The position numbers and the translations under genes were made by a program. From an uncultured bacterium (lineage in GTDB: Bacteria; Bacillota_I; Bacilli_A; RF39; UBA660), in the NCBI GenBank assembly GCA_949296605.1, contig CASFPB010000026.1, forward strand, positions 14,859 through 78,858: a DNA stretch of 64,000 nt, given 5' to 3'. Shown in pieces: positions 30,066 through 40,272 of this stretch. Position 1 is the first letter of the stretch; the number at the start of each line of letters is the position of its first letter. The notes beneath the pieces are model-generated. The model saw nothing but the letters and a program-made list of their open reading frames with translations, had not been told where the DNA came from and made no database searches.

Positions 30066-32207
30066 ATGAACGAAGAAGTAATTAATAAAGTTAGTAAAAA
30101 AATAAATTTAAAAGAGTATCAAATTAAAAATGTAATTAATTTATTAAATGAAGGAGCAACTATTCCTTTTATTGCTAGATATAGAAAAGAGCTTACTGGT
30201 AACTTAAACGAAGAAGAATTAAGATTAATTGAAACAGAATATAATTATGCTGTTAATCTTAAAACTCGTAAAGATGATGTAAAAAGATTAATTGATGAAA
30301 AAGGAATGCTTACTCCTGAAATAATTAAAGCTATAGATGATGCAGAAAAGTTAAGTGAAGTTGAAGATATTTATACTCCATATAAGGAAAAGAGAAAAAC
30401 TAAAGGAACAGAAGCAATTAAATTAGGTCTTGAACCATTAGCTAAAATTATTATGACTTTACCCAGTAAAAGCCGTGATGAAATAGCAAAAGATTTTTTA
30501 AATGAACAGGTAAAAACTATTGATGATGCTATTACTAATGCTGGTTATATTATTGCTGATTGGATAAGTGATAAACCAAAATATAGAAAATATATTAGAA
30601 ATTATTATTGGTATAATGGTTTAGTTAAAGGAAAATTAAAAAAGAATGCTGTTGATGAAAATAAAATATATGAAATATATTATGATTTTGAACAAAAAAT
30701 AACTCATATTAAACCTCATCAAGTATTAGCATTGTCAAGAGCAGAAAAAGAAAAAGTTATTACATATAGTTTAAGTGTTGATAGTAAAAAAGTGATAGAA
30801 TATCTAAATAATGAAGTAATAGGGAATAAAAAGAGTCCATTAATAGCTGATATGCAAGAATTTATTAATGATGCATGGAAAAGACTTTTAGAACCTAGTT
30901 TAGAACGTGATATTAAAGCAGAATTATTTGATAATGCTAGTGAATTCGGTATAAAAGAGTTTGGAAATAATTTAGAAAATTTATTATTAACTCCTCCGAT
31001 TAAAGGTCAAGTGGTAATGGGATTTGATCCAGCGTTTAGAACTGGATGTAAGCTTGCGGTTTTATCAAGTAGTGGGGATGTGTTAGAAATTGGAGTAATT
31101 TATCCTCATGAACCTAAAAAAGAAGTAGATATGGCTGAAAAAATTATGCTTGCTTTAATTCAAAAACATAATGTAAAAATTATTGCTATTGGTAATGGAA
31201 CTGCATCTCGAGAAAGTGAAGCTTTTGTTGCTAATTTGATTAAAAAATATAATTTAGATGTTAAATATATAATTGTTAGTGAAGCTGGAGCTAGTGTGTA
31301 TTCTGCTTCACCTTTGGCAAAAAAAGAATTTCCTGATTATTCTGTTGAACAAAGAAGTGCGGTAAGTATAGGAAGAAGATTACAAGATGCATTATCAGAG
31401 TTGGTTAAAATAGATCCTAAAAGTATTGGTGTAGGTTTATATCAACATGATTTAAAACAAAAAGAACTTGATGAAGAATTAGGTTTTGTTGTTAGTAAAG
31501 TAGTAAATAAAGTCGGTGTCAATTTAAATAATGCTAGTGAAAGTATTTTAAGTTATATTTCTGGGTTAAACAAAAGTATTATTAAAAAGATTCTTGATTA
31601 TCGTAGGAAAAAAGGAATTATTAAATCTAGGGAAGAATTAAAAAGTGTTGAAGGAAATGATAAGGCATTTGAACAATCTGCTGGGTTTCTTAGAATATTT
31701 AATGGTGATAATCCTTTAGATAAAACTAATATTCATCCCGAAGATTATAACATTGTTAATAAAATACTAAGTGATAATAATATAGATGTTAATTTAGTTG
31801 GAACAGATAATATGAAAAATATGCTTGATAATTTAAATAGTAAAAGTATTTTAGAAAATTATAATTTATCTAGTGAAAAATGGGAAATGTTTAAAAACAA
31901 TTTGGTTAATGGTGTAATTGATCCACGTGATGAAATTAAGCAAATGGAGTTAAGAAGTGACATTTTAACTATTGATGATTTAGAATTAGGTATGTCTTTA
32001 GAAGGAACAGTTAGAAACGTTACTGCTTTTGGGGCTTTTGTTGATATTGGCTTGCATGATGATGCTTTAATACATATTTCTAAAATGAGCAAAAATTTTG
32101 TAAAACATCCAAGTGAAATATTAAAAGTTGGGGATATTATAAAAGTTAATATTTGTGGAATCGAAAAAGAAAAAGGTAGAGTAAATTTATCTTTAATTGA
32201 GGAATAA
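30066..32207 (+). CDS. tex: Transcription accessory protein Tex (S1 RNA-binding)
   Basis: 713 aa. N-terminal Tex HTH region (IPFIARYRKE), YqgF/RuvC-like and HhH region, C-terminal S1 domain. Confidence 0.9.
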   Translation: MNEEVINKVSKKINLKEYQIKNVINLLNEGATIPFIARYRKELTGNLNEEELRLIETEYNYAVNLKTRKDDVKRLIDEKGMLTPEIIKAIDDAEKLSEVEDIYTPYKEKRKTKGTEAIKLGLEPLAKIIMTLPSKSRDEIAKDFLNEQVKTIDDAITNAGYIIADWISDKPKYRKYIRNYYWYNGLVKGKLKKNAVDENKIYEIYYDFEQKITHIKPHQVLALSRAEKEKVITYSLSVDSKKVIEYLNNEVIGNKKSPLIADMQEFINDAWKRLLEPSLERDIKAELFDNASEFGIKEFGNNLENLLLTPPIKGQVVMGFDPAFRTGCKLAVLSSSGDVLEIGVIYPHEPKKEVDMAEKIMLALIQKHNVKIIAIGNGTASRESEAFVANLIKKYNLDVKYIIVSEAGASVYSASPLAKKEFPDYSVEQRSAVSIGRRLQDALSELVKIDPKSIGVGLYQHDLKQKELDEELGFVVSKVVNKVGVNLNNASESILSYISGLNKSIIKKILDYRRKKGIIKSREELKSVEGNDKAFEQSAGFLRIFNGDNPLDKTNIHPEDYNIVNKILSDNNIDVNLVGTDNMKNMLDNLNSKSILENYNLSSEKWEMFKNNLVNGVIDPRDEIKQMELRSDILTIDDLELGMSLEGTVRNVTAFGAFVDIGLHDDALIHISKMSKNFVKHPSEILKVGDIIKVNICGIEKEKGRVNLSLIEE

Positions 32208-32913
32208 AATGAAATTGATATTTAATTTAATTAAAATTGCCTTTATTTTTGTTTTTATGGCAGTGGCATTTGTGATTTTAATAAATAAAACTTTTATTTA
32301 TGAAGCTTATAGCGAAGTAGATATGAAAGGGGAAGGCATTCCAATTAGTAGATTTATGTATTTTACTAAATTAAGCTCAGATTTAAATGCTAATTTTATA
32401 TCTCCTTTGAATGCTAAATATTTAGAAAAATATAAAGAAGATTATTTAAATGATTTAGAATTTTGTTATGGAAAATATTATTATGATGAAAGTAATGATA
32501 TAACAATTTTAAATTATAATATTTTAGATAATGATTATTATAGAACTATTAATATAAAATATGCTTATGATAATTATTGTAGTGATGATTATATATTAAG
32601 CGATATGTGGGTGTATGAATATAATACAATAAGTAAATATGTAAAAGGTGATATTGAATCTAATAAAATGAATGATTTAATATTAAAAGTATATGAATCT
32701 ACAAGAATTAATAATCCTGTTATTGATGATAATTATGAAAGTCAAACTAGTATTGAAGTAATTTGTGCAATAGAAGATGAAATTTATACCTTGACTTTTA
32801 AAGATTTTAATGTAAATCAATTATTAATTGTTAAAAATTATCGAGGTGTATCTCAATTTGCAGTATATGAAATAGATAATGTTTCTGCTTTTTTAGAAAG
32901 TTTAATGAATTAA
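32197..32913 (+). CDS. Membrane-anchored hypothetical protein
   Basis: 238 aa with N-terminal TM. Confidence 0.5.
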   Translation: MRNKMKLIFNLIKIAFIFVFMAVAFVILINKTFIYEAYSEVDMKGEGIPISRFMYFTKLSSDLNANFISPLNAKYLEKYKEDYLNDLEFCYGKYYYDESNDITILNYNILDNDYYRTINIKYAYDNYCSDDYILSDMWVYEYNTISKYVKGDIESNKMNDLILKVYESTRINNPVIDDNYESQTSIEVICAIEDEIYTLTFKDFNVNQLLIVKNYRGVSQFAVYEIDNVSAFLESLMN

Positions 32914-32923
32914 GGAGGAAAAA

Positions 32924-34039
32924 ATGAAAAATATTAGTGTTAAGCAAGCTAAATATTTAATTTTATGGACAATAGTTTTAGTTTTTGTTGGCATATATAT
33001 TAAAGATATAATTAATATTGTTGGATATATTATTAATGTTTTTATGCCCTTTATTGTTGGTATAGCCATTGCTTTTGTTTTAAATGTTTTAATAAATGTT
33101 ATTGAAAAAAAATGGTTAAAAAAATGGAATACTAGTATTGCTACCAAAAGAATAGTTAGTATATTGATTGCATTAACAATCGTTATTGGATTTATTGTGT
33201 TTTTATTATTTTTAATAATTCCCAATTTACAAAAGACTATTGCAATTTTTGCGGACAATATACCTTTATATAATGAAAATTTAAGACTTGTTTTAGATAG
33301 AATGGGTATTGATTCTAACATTATTAATGAAATAATAGAAATATTAAAAAATCTAGGAGATAGTGCTAGTAATTATATTAAAGATAATAGTAATCAAGTA
33401 TTAGAAACTACTTTGGGTATTGCATCAAATGTTGTTACTGGTTTTATTAATACTTTAATTGGTTTTGTTTTTGCTATCTATTTTTTAGCGCAAAAAGAAC
33501 AAATTACTGAACAAACAAAAAAAATAATGGATGCATATTTACCTAAAAAAATGGTTTTAAAAATAAAAGACATTGCTAGGTTGTCTAATGAAGTTTTTTC
33601 TCATTTTGTAGGTGGGCAATGTATTGAAGCGATAATTATTGGAATACTATGCTTTTTAGGTATGATTATTTTAAGATTGCCTTATGCTACTACTATATCA
33701 GTATTAGTAGGATTTACAGCTTTAATTCCAGTATTTGGGGCATTTATTGGAACAATTATCGGAGCATTTTTAATTTTAATGGTAAATCCTTTACAAGCTA
33801 TAATTTTTGTTTTATTTATTTTAGTTTTACAACAATTAGAAGGCAATTTAATTTATCCAAAAGTTGTAGGTAAATATGTAGGTCTTCCTGCAATTTGGGT
33901 ATTAGTTGCTGTTACTGTTGGTGCTAGTTTAAATGGTATTTTAGGTATGCTTTTAAGTGTTCCTATATGTTCTATTATTTATAGTATCATTTCTACTAAT
34001 GTCAAATATCGTTTACAAGATAAAAAAGCACAAGATTAG
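32924..34039 (+). CDS. AI-2E family transporter (UPF0118/PerM-like)
   Basis: 371 aa, about 8 TM. Characteristic C-terminal region LQQLEGNLIYPKVVGK. Confidence 0.85.
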   Translation: MKNISVKQAKYLILWTIVLVFVGIYIKDIINIVGYIINVFMPFIVGIAIAFVLNVLINVIEKKWLKKWNTSIATKRIVSILIALTIVIGFIVFLLFLIIPNLQKTIAIFADNIPLYNENLRLVLDRMGIDSNIINEIIEILKNLGDSASNYIKDNSNQVLETTLGIASNVVTGFINTLIGFVFAIYFLAQKEQITEQTKKIMDAYLPKKMVLKIKDIARLSNEVFSHFVGGQCIEAIIIGILCFLGMIILRLPYATTISVLVGFTALIPVFGAFIGTIIGAFLILMVNPLQAIIFVLFILVLQQLEGNLIYPKVVGKYVGLPAIWVLVAVTVGASLNGILGMLLSVPICSIIYSIISTNVKYRLQDKKAQD

Positions 34040-34287
34040 TTCTTGTGCTTTTGTGTAAAGCAATATCAAAAGTAAATAAATACTTTTAGTAAAAATATGA
34101 AAATGGATATTGCTTTACAAGTTGATTATATATAAAAATTTATTCTAAGTCAACATATTTTGTAAAAATTAAAAAATTGTGGTAAAATAATAAAAATTTT
34201 ATGTTGGACAAGGCCTTTGCTATAATTGTAATTTTATAATCAGAATAAATTAATAGTGAATTTCTAATATTGAAGGTGGTGATATAT

Positions 34288-35484
34288 ATGAATAGAGAAG
34301 ATTTTCCAATGTTAAAAAAAGATATTATATATTTTGATAATGGTGCTACTAGTTTGAAACCTCAATGTGTTATTGATAAAATGACAGATTATTATGAAAA
34401 TTATAGTGCTAATGCTCATCGGGGAGATTATGATATATCATATAAAGTTGATGTAGAATATGAAAATGCTCGTGATTTAGTAGTTGATTTTATTAATGCT
34501 AAATCTAAGGAGGAAGTAATTTTTACAAGTGGAGCTACTGAATCTTTAAATATGATTGCTAATGGATTTTTTTCATTTATTGCTGAACCTGGTGATGAAA
34601 TTTTAATAACTACCAGTGAGCATGCTTCAAATGTATTACCTTGGTTTAAATTAGTTACTGATTATGGTTGTGTTGTTAATTTTATCCCTTTAGATGATAA
34701 TTTGCATGTAACTTTAGATAATGTAAAAAAAAGTATTACTTCAAAAACTAAAATAATAGCTTTAGCACAAATTACAAATGTTGTAGGGGACGTTCGACCA
34801 ATTAAAGAAATAACAAAACTTGCTCATGAAAATAATATTTTTGTAGTTGTTGATGGCGCTCAAAGTGTTCCTCATATGAAAGTAGATGTTCAAGATTTAG
34901 ATGTGGATTTTTTAGCTTTTTCTGCTCATAAAATGTTGGGACCAACTGGGGTTGGTGTTTTATATGGAAAAAAAGAACTTTTAGAAAATTTAGAACCCAT
35001 TAATCTTGGTGGGGGTATGAACGATTCTTTCGATAATCCAAATGAAGTTTATTTAAAAGATTTACCTACTAGATTAGAAGCTGGAACTCCAAATATAGCT
35101 GGTGTTATAGGTTTAGGGGAAGCAATAAGATATTTACAAAAAATTGGAATGGATAATATCCAAGAAAGAGAAAGACATTTAAGAGAATATTTAGTTGATA
35201 AATTAGTAAAAATTTCTCATGTAGATATAATAAATTTAGAAGCTGATAGTGGCATAGTAGCATTTAATATCGATAATATATTTTCACAAGATGTTGCCTA
35301 TTTTTTAAATAAATATAATATATGTGTCCGTGCAGGTAATCATTGTGCAAAGATATTAAAAAATGCTACTGGGGTTAATAATTCTTTACGTGTAAGCTTA
35401 TATTTTTATAATACTGAATCAGAAATAGATGAATTTGTTGAATTAATTAAAAATAAAGATAAAATTATGGAAGAGATGATTTAA
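34288..35484 (+). CDS. sufS: Cysteine desulfurase SufS
   Basis: PLP-lysine region (FSAHKMLGPTGVG) and catalytic Cys loop (RAGNHCA). Start at ATG 34288 after an AGGTGGTG RBS. Confidence 0.9.
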   Translation: MNREDFPMLKKDIIYFDNGATSLKPQCVIDKMTDYYENYSANAHRGDYDISYKVDVEYENARDLVVDFINAKSKEEVIFTSGATESLNMIANGFFSFIAEPGDEILITTSEHASNVLPWFKLVTDYGCVVNFIPLDDNLHVTLDNVKKSITSKTKIIALAQITNVVGDVRPIKEITKLAHENNIFVVVDGAQSVPHMKVDVQDLDVDFLAFSAHKMLGPTGVGVLYGKKELLENLEPINLGGGMNDSFDNPNEVYLKDLPTRLEAGTPNIAGVIGLGEAIRYLQKIGMDNIQERERHLREYLVDKLVKISHVDIINLEADSGIVAFNIDNIFSQDVAYFLNKYNICVRAGNHCAKILKNATGVNNSLRVSLYFYNTESEIDEFVELIKNKDKIMEEMI

Positions 35485-35889
35485 TTGGATAAAAGAGAAA
35501 TTATACTAGATCATTATAGTAATCCTCGTAATAGAAAAAATATAAATGATTTTAAGTATATAAAAGAAAATACTAGAAATACTTCTTGTATTGATAATTT
35601 AGATATATATGTAAAAATAAAAGATAATGTTATTGAGGACATTGCTTTTAATGGAGAAGCGTGTGCTATAAGTATTTCTTCTGCTTCAGTTATGAGTTGT
35701 AATTTAATTGGTAAAAGTGTGGAAGAAGCAAAAAAATATGTTAATAATTTTGAATCAATGCTAAATAACGAGATTTATGATGCATCTTTATTAAAAGAAG
35801 CTGTTGTTTATGAAGATACAAAAAACACAAGTCGAAAAACTTGTGCTTGGCTTCCATATGATGCGATTAAAAAAATTTTGGAAAGATAG
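35485..35889 (+). CDS. sufU: Fe-S cluster assembly scaffold SufU (NifU-like)
   Basis: ILDHYSNPRN N-terminus. GEACAISISSASVMS Cys motif and C-terminal Cys. Confidence 0.85.
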   Translation: MDKREIILDHYSNPRNRKNINDFKYIKENTRNTSCIDNLDIYVKIKDNVIEDIAFNGEACAISISSASVMSCNLIGKSVEEAKKYVNNFESMLNNEIYDASLLKEAVVYEDTKNTSRKTCAWLPYDAIKKILER

Positions 35890-36112
35890 GTCTACTATCT
35901 TTTTTCTTTTTCTTTTATTATTACATCAATTTCATTTATTTCTGCTAATTTTAAAAATGTATCAAGGGTTATATTAGTTATTCCTCCTTCAAGTTTTGCA
36001 CACCAACCTCTTTTTTTATTCACTTCTTTATAGAATATCTTAAATTAATAATAGATTAATAAAAATATATAGTTTAGTTAATTATATAAAAAATTGTTTT
36101 ATATTAAAATTT

Positions 36113-36366
36113 ATTGCATAAATAAGCTTTTTTGTGCTATATTATTGATATCAACGAAGATAAAGGATTAGTAATTATAACTTAATTTATAGAAAGTTAG
36201 TGGCTGATGGAAACTAATAATGTAAGTGTAATGAATCTACCTTTTGAGTTAGGTATTATACCTCGGTTTATAACCGTTATATTAATAAAGTAAAATAAGG
36301 GATGGCACCGTGCATTAAGCACTCCTTGGTAGCAATCCCTTTTTATTTTTATAGGGAGATGGTTAA
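36113..36366 (+). promoter_or_regulatory. Promoter plus T-box riboswitch leader with intrinsic terminator/antiterminator, controlling the dipeptidase-serS operon
   Basis: TTGCAT...TATATT promoter. Stem I region with AGTGG / GATGG distal motifs. Candidate specifier GAA-UCU-A (36236-36238, Ser). T-box sequence AAATAAGGGATGGCACCGTG (36291-36310, consensus AAnnnGGGTGGnACCGCG). Terminator AAGGGAT...ATCCCTTTTTATTTTT ends about 36350. RBS GGGAGATGG. Confidence 0.8.
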
Positions 36367-37287
36367 ATGATTGATATGCATTATGATTTATTATCCATTT
36401 TATATTATTGTTATTTACGTGATGATTTTAGATATATAGAAACATTAAGAAAAAATTTTAATGACAATAATGTTAATGGAGTTATAGCTAATCTTTATTT
36501 TATGAGTGAAGAAGAAATGAAAGATGAAATGCTTGGCAAAAAGATTGATGTAGTTGAAATGTTTAAAATATCTACGAGTTTGTTTAAAAAATTTTTCCCG
36601 AATTTAAAAGCTTTATTTAGTATTGAGGGATGTGACTATATTAAAGATATTAATGAACTTGAAAAATTAAAAAATCTTGGTTTATCAAGTATTTTGTTAG
36701 TTTGGAATAATAAAAATAAATATGGTGGAGGAACCTTTTTTAAAGGGGGATTAACAAATGAAGGAAAAATATTTATTAAAAAAGCAATTGATCTTGGAAT
36801 ATGTATTGATTTATCTCATATGAATAAAGAAACATATTATGATACAGTTTCATTATTAAATGATGCTAAAAATCAAGGCTTAAATCCAAAAGTTATTGTG
36901 AGTCACTCCAATGTATATGATTTATACAATCATCCTAGAAATATTACTGTTAAGCAAATTGAAGCAATAAAAAAATTTAATCCTGTTATTGGATTAGTAA
37001 GTTATTCATTTTTCTTAACTAAGGATGATGAAGATATAGAAATTTTAAAACAAAAGTATTTAAAACATATTGATACAGTTATTCAAGTGTTAGGTATTGA
37101 TGGAGTAGGTATTTCTACTGATGATATGAGTTATGATAATGTTCTTTTTAATAATCCAATTGAAAAAATAATTTTTCCTTATGAACATTTAAAGAAAGAT
37201 TTAATTAAGCTTTTAAAAACAAAATATAGTGATGAAGAAATAAATAAAATATTAGAAACAAATATAAAAAATAAGTTATTTAGTTAG
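36367..37287 (+). CDS. Membrane dipeptidase (peptidase family M19)-like protein
   Basis: N-terminal IDMHYDLL (IDGHNDLP-like), SIEGCDY, IDLSHMN, VIVSHSNVYDLYNHPRNI (FSHSsa...RN His motif region); 306 aa. Confidence 0.65.
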   Translation: MIDMHYDLLSILYYCYLRDDFRYIETLRKNFNDNNVNGVIANLYFMSEEEMKDEMLGKKIDVVEMFKISTSLFKKFFPNLKALFSIEGCDYIKDINELEKLKNLGLSSILLVWNNKNKYGGGTFFKGGLTNEGKIFIKKAIDLGICIDLSHMNKETYYDTVSLLNDAKNQGLNPKVIVSHSNVYDLYNHPRNITVKQIEAIKKFNPVIGLVSYSFFLTKDDEDIEILKQKYLKHIDTVIQVLGIDGVGISTDDMSYDNVLFNNPIEKIIFPYEHLKKDLIKLLKTKYSDEEINKILETNIKNKLFS

Positions 37288-37297
37288 GAGTAGTAAA

Positions 37298-38587
37298 ATG
37301 ATAGATATTAATTTAATTAGAGAAAATAGTGAGTTAGTAAAAGAAAATATTAGGAAAAAATTTCAAGAAGAAAAAGTAGGATTAGTTGATGAGGTTTATG
37401 GATATGATAAAACTTATCGTGAATATAAACAAAAAATTGATAGTTTGCGTGCTAAAAGAAATAGTTTAAGTAGTCAAATTGGCGAATTAATGCGTAATGG
37501 AAAAAAAGATGAAGCAGAAAAAGTAAAAAAAGAAGTTGTCAGTATTAATGAAGAAATTGATACATTAGAAATAAGTGAAGAAAATTTAGAACATGAAATT
37601 AAAAGTAGAATGATGGTTATTCCAAATATTATTGATGATAGTGTTCCAATTGGAAAAGATGACTCTGAAAATGTAGAAAATGAAAAATTTGGAGAACCTT
37701 TTGTTCCAGATTATGAAATACCATATCATGCTGATATAATGGAAAGTTTTAATGGTTGGGATAAGGAAAGTGCAGGTAGAACTAGTGGTAATGGTTTTTA
37801 TTATTTAATTGGAGATATTGCTCGATTACATAGTGCGTTACTTTCTTATGCTAGAGATTTTATGATAAATAAAGGTTTTGTTTATTGTATTCCACCATTT
37901 ATGATAAGAAGTGATGTTGTTAATGGAGTTATGTCTTTTTCTGAAATGGATGCAATGATGTATAAAATCGAAGGTGAAGATTTATATTTAATTGGAACTA
38001 GTGAACATTCTATGATTGGACGTTTTAAAGATCAAATTATAAAAGAAGATAGTTTACCAATTACGATGACTTCTTATTCTCCTTGTTTTAGAAAGGAAGT
38101 TGGTGCTCACGGTATTGAAGAAAGAGGAATATATCGTGTTCATCAATTTGAAAAACAAGAAATGATTGTTTTATGTAGAAAAGAAGAAGCAATGGATTGG
38201 TATAATAAAATGTGGAAATGGACAGTAGAACTATTTAGAAGTTTAGATATTCCTGTTAGAACATTAGAATGTTGTAGCGGAGATTTAGCTGATTTAAAAG
38301 TTAAATCTTGTGATGTTGAAGCATGGAGCCCTAGACAACAAAAGTATTTTGAAGTTGGTTCTTGTTCTTTACTTGGAGATGCTCAAGCTAGACGTTTAGG
38401 AATTAGAACTAAGGGTGAAAATGGAACATATTTTGTTAATACTTTAAATAATACTGTTTTAGCATCAAGTAGAGCAATAATTGCATTACTTGAAAATAAT
38501 TATCAAGAAGATGGTAGTGTTTTAATTCCAAAAGTATTACAACCTTATATGGGAAATATTGAAAAATTAATACCAAAAAATAAATAA
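37298..38587 (+). CDS. serS: Serine--tRNA ligase
   Basis: N-terminal coiled-coil arm. Class II motifs (FRKEVGAHGIEERGIYRVHQFEKQE, GSCSLLGDAQARR). Confidence 0.93.
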   Translation: MIDINLIRENSELVKENIRKKFQEEKVGLVDEVYGYDKTYREYKQKIDSLRAKRNSLSSQIGELMRNGKKDEAEKVKKEVVSINEEIDTLEISEENLEHEIKSRMMVIPNIIDDSVPIGKDDSENVENEKFGEPFVPDYEIPYHADIMESFNGWDKESAGRTSGNGFYYLIGDIARLHSALLSYARDFMINKGFVYCIPPFMIRSDVVNGVMSFSEMDAMMYKIEGEDLYLIGTSEHSMIGRFKDQIIKEDSLPITMTSYSPCFRKEVGAHGIEERGIYRVHQFEKQEMIVLCRKEEAMDWYNKMWKWTVELFRSLDIPVRTLECCSGDLADLKVKSCDVEAWSPRQQKYFEVGSCSLLGDAQARRLGIRTKGENGTYFVNTLNNTVLASSRAIIALLENNYQEDGSVLIPKVLQPYMGNIEKLIPKNK

Positions 38588-38591
38588 TTTT

Positions 38592-38625
38592 AAAGCTTTA
38601 ATCAATATTGGTTAAAGCTTTTTTA
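38592..38625 (+). terminator. Rho-independent terminator after serS
   Basis: aaagcttta / taaagcttt 9-bp stem followed by a T run. Confidence 0.7.
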
Positions 38626-38871
38626 AAAGTTTTGACTAGTTTTGTCGATTTGCTTGCAATTAAAATAGATATGTGTAAAATGAATGTAGAAAGCGGGTTT
38701 TGGTTATTAAAAATATTAAAATTTATTACAATACTTATACTTTTTTCTATCCTAAATGGTAAATCCATTCTATATAAACCTTTCTACTTAACTTTATTTC
38801 ACACTTATCCAAATTCCGCTTTCATAATTTTGGTTAGTGTGATAAAATAAGTTTTTAAGGGAGGCAAATTC

Positions 38872-40272
38872 ATGAATAAGCCGGATTTATGTATTGCTAA
38901 GAATAGAGAAAAAGTAGATATTAAATATATTGATTTAGATTTAAACTTAAAGCCTGTTTTTAAAGGAAAAAAATATTTTTTGAGAACTTATGGTTGTCAA
39001 ATGAATGTTCATGATTCAGAAGAAATTAAATATTATTTAGAACAATTAGGTTTTAATAGTGTTGATGTTTTAGAAGATGCTGATATAGTTGTTTTAAATA
39101 CATGTGCTATTAGAGAAAATGCTAAAGATAAAGTATTTGGTTATTTAGGTCGTTGTAAACATTTAAAAAAGACAAAAAAGGATTTAATAATTTGTGTATG
39201 CGGTTGTTTAGTTCAACAACCTAGTGAAGTTGAAGAAATAATAAAAAATCATAAGTATATAGATATTGTTATTGGAACTCATAATTTATCAGAATTACCA
39301 GATAAAATTTTACAATGCAGTGGTAAACAAGAAGTTGATGTATATTCAAATAGTGATAAAGTTTTTGAAAATGTAAAATATAGTAGAGATTCAAAAATTT
39401 CGGCTTGGATTAATATACAACTTGGATGTGATAAATTTTGCACTTATTGTATAGTTCCATTTACTAGGGGTAGAGAACGTAGTAGAAAAATTGAAGAAAT
39501 TTTAAAAGAAGTAAAAGAATTAAAGGAAAAAGGTTATTTAGAAATTACTTTATTAGGTCAGAATGTTAATGCTTATGGGAAAGATTTAAATTTAGGTTAT
39601 GATTTTGCTACACTTTTAGAAGAAACTGCAAAAATTGGAATTCCTAGAATAAGGTTTGTAACTAGTCATCCTTGGAATTTTACTGATAAAATGATTGATG
39701 TAATAGCTAAATATGAAAACATTATGCCGTATATTCATTTGCCAATTCAATCTGGTAGTGATGAGATACTTAAAAAAATGAATAGAAGATATACTATTTC
39801 TGAATATAAAAAATTATTTGATAGTATAAAAAATAAAGTGCCAAATGTAAGTATTACAACTGATATTATTGTAGGATTTCCTAACGAAACTGAAGAAGAC
39901 TTTCAAAAAACTTTAGATATTGTTAATTATTGTAAGTTTGATGGTGCTTATACTTTTATATTTTCTAAAAGAGTAGGAACTGTTGCTGCTTTAATGGAAG
40001 ATAAGGTTTCTTTGGAAGAAAAGGAAAAAAGATTACACAAGTTAAACGAATTAGTTAATAAATATTCGTTAGAAAGTAATCAAAAATATTTAAATAAAGA
40101 CGTAGCGGTATTAATAACAGAAAAAAGTGATAGAGGCGATAATAAAGTTTGTGGTTATACTGATACTATGAAATTAGTTAATATAGTAGGTAGTGAAGAT
40201 TTAATAGGTAAAATAGTAAATGTTAAAATAACTGATGCTAAAAGTTTTAGCTTGGATGGAGAAGTAATATGA
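38872..40272 (+). CDS. miaB: tRNA-i6A37 methylthiotransferase MiaB
   Basis: MTTase N-domain TYGCQMNVHDSE. Radical-SAM CDKFCTYCIVP. C-terminal TRAM domain. Confidence 0.85.
   Translation: MNKPDLCIAKNREKVDIKYIDLDLNLKPVFKGKKYFLRTYGCQMNVHDSEEIKYYLEQLGFNSVDVLEDADIVVLNTCAIRENAKDKVFGYLGRCKHLKKTKKDLIICVCGCLVQQPSEVEEIIKNHKYIDIVIGTHNLSELPDKILQCSGKQEVDVYSNSDKVFENVKYSRDSKISAWINIQLGCDKFCTYCIVPFTRGRERSRKIEEILKEVKELKEKGYLEITLLGQNVNAYGKDLNLGYDFATLLEETAKIGIPRIRFVTSHPWNFTDKMIDVIAKYENIMPYIHLPIQSGSDEILKKMNRRYTISEYKKLFDSIKNKVPNVSITTDIIVGFPNETEEDFQKTLDIVNYCKFDGAYTFIFSKRVGTVAALMEDKVSLEEKEKRLHKLNELVNKYSLESNQKYLNKDVAVLITEKSDRGDNKVCGYTDTMKLVNIVGSEDLIGKIVNVKITDAKSFSLDGEVI

Noticed and set aside
35897-36028. Minus-strand reading frame between sufU and the T-box promoter translating to ...GGITNITLDTFLKLAEINEIDVIIKEK, resembling the last helices of an XRE HTH domain
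   Set aside because: Only about 43 codons, no credible start or RBS and no N-terminal HTH helices. Most likely a decayed remnant; not reported as a gene.
38608-38850. 80-aa ORF between serS and miaB
   Set aside because: No RBS. It starts inside the serS terminator and lies within the apparent miaB leader. Hydrophobic low-complexity translation of AT-rich DNA.
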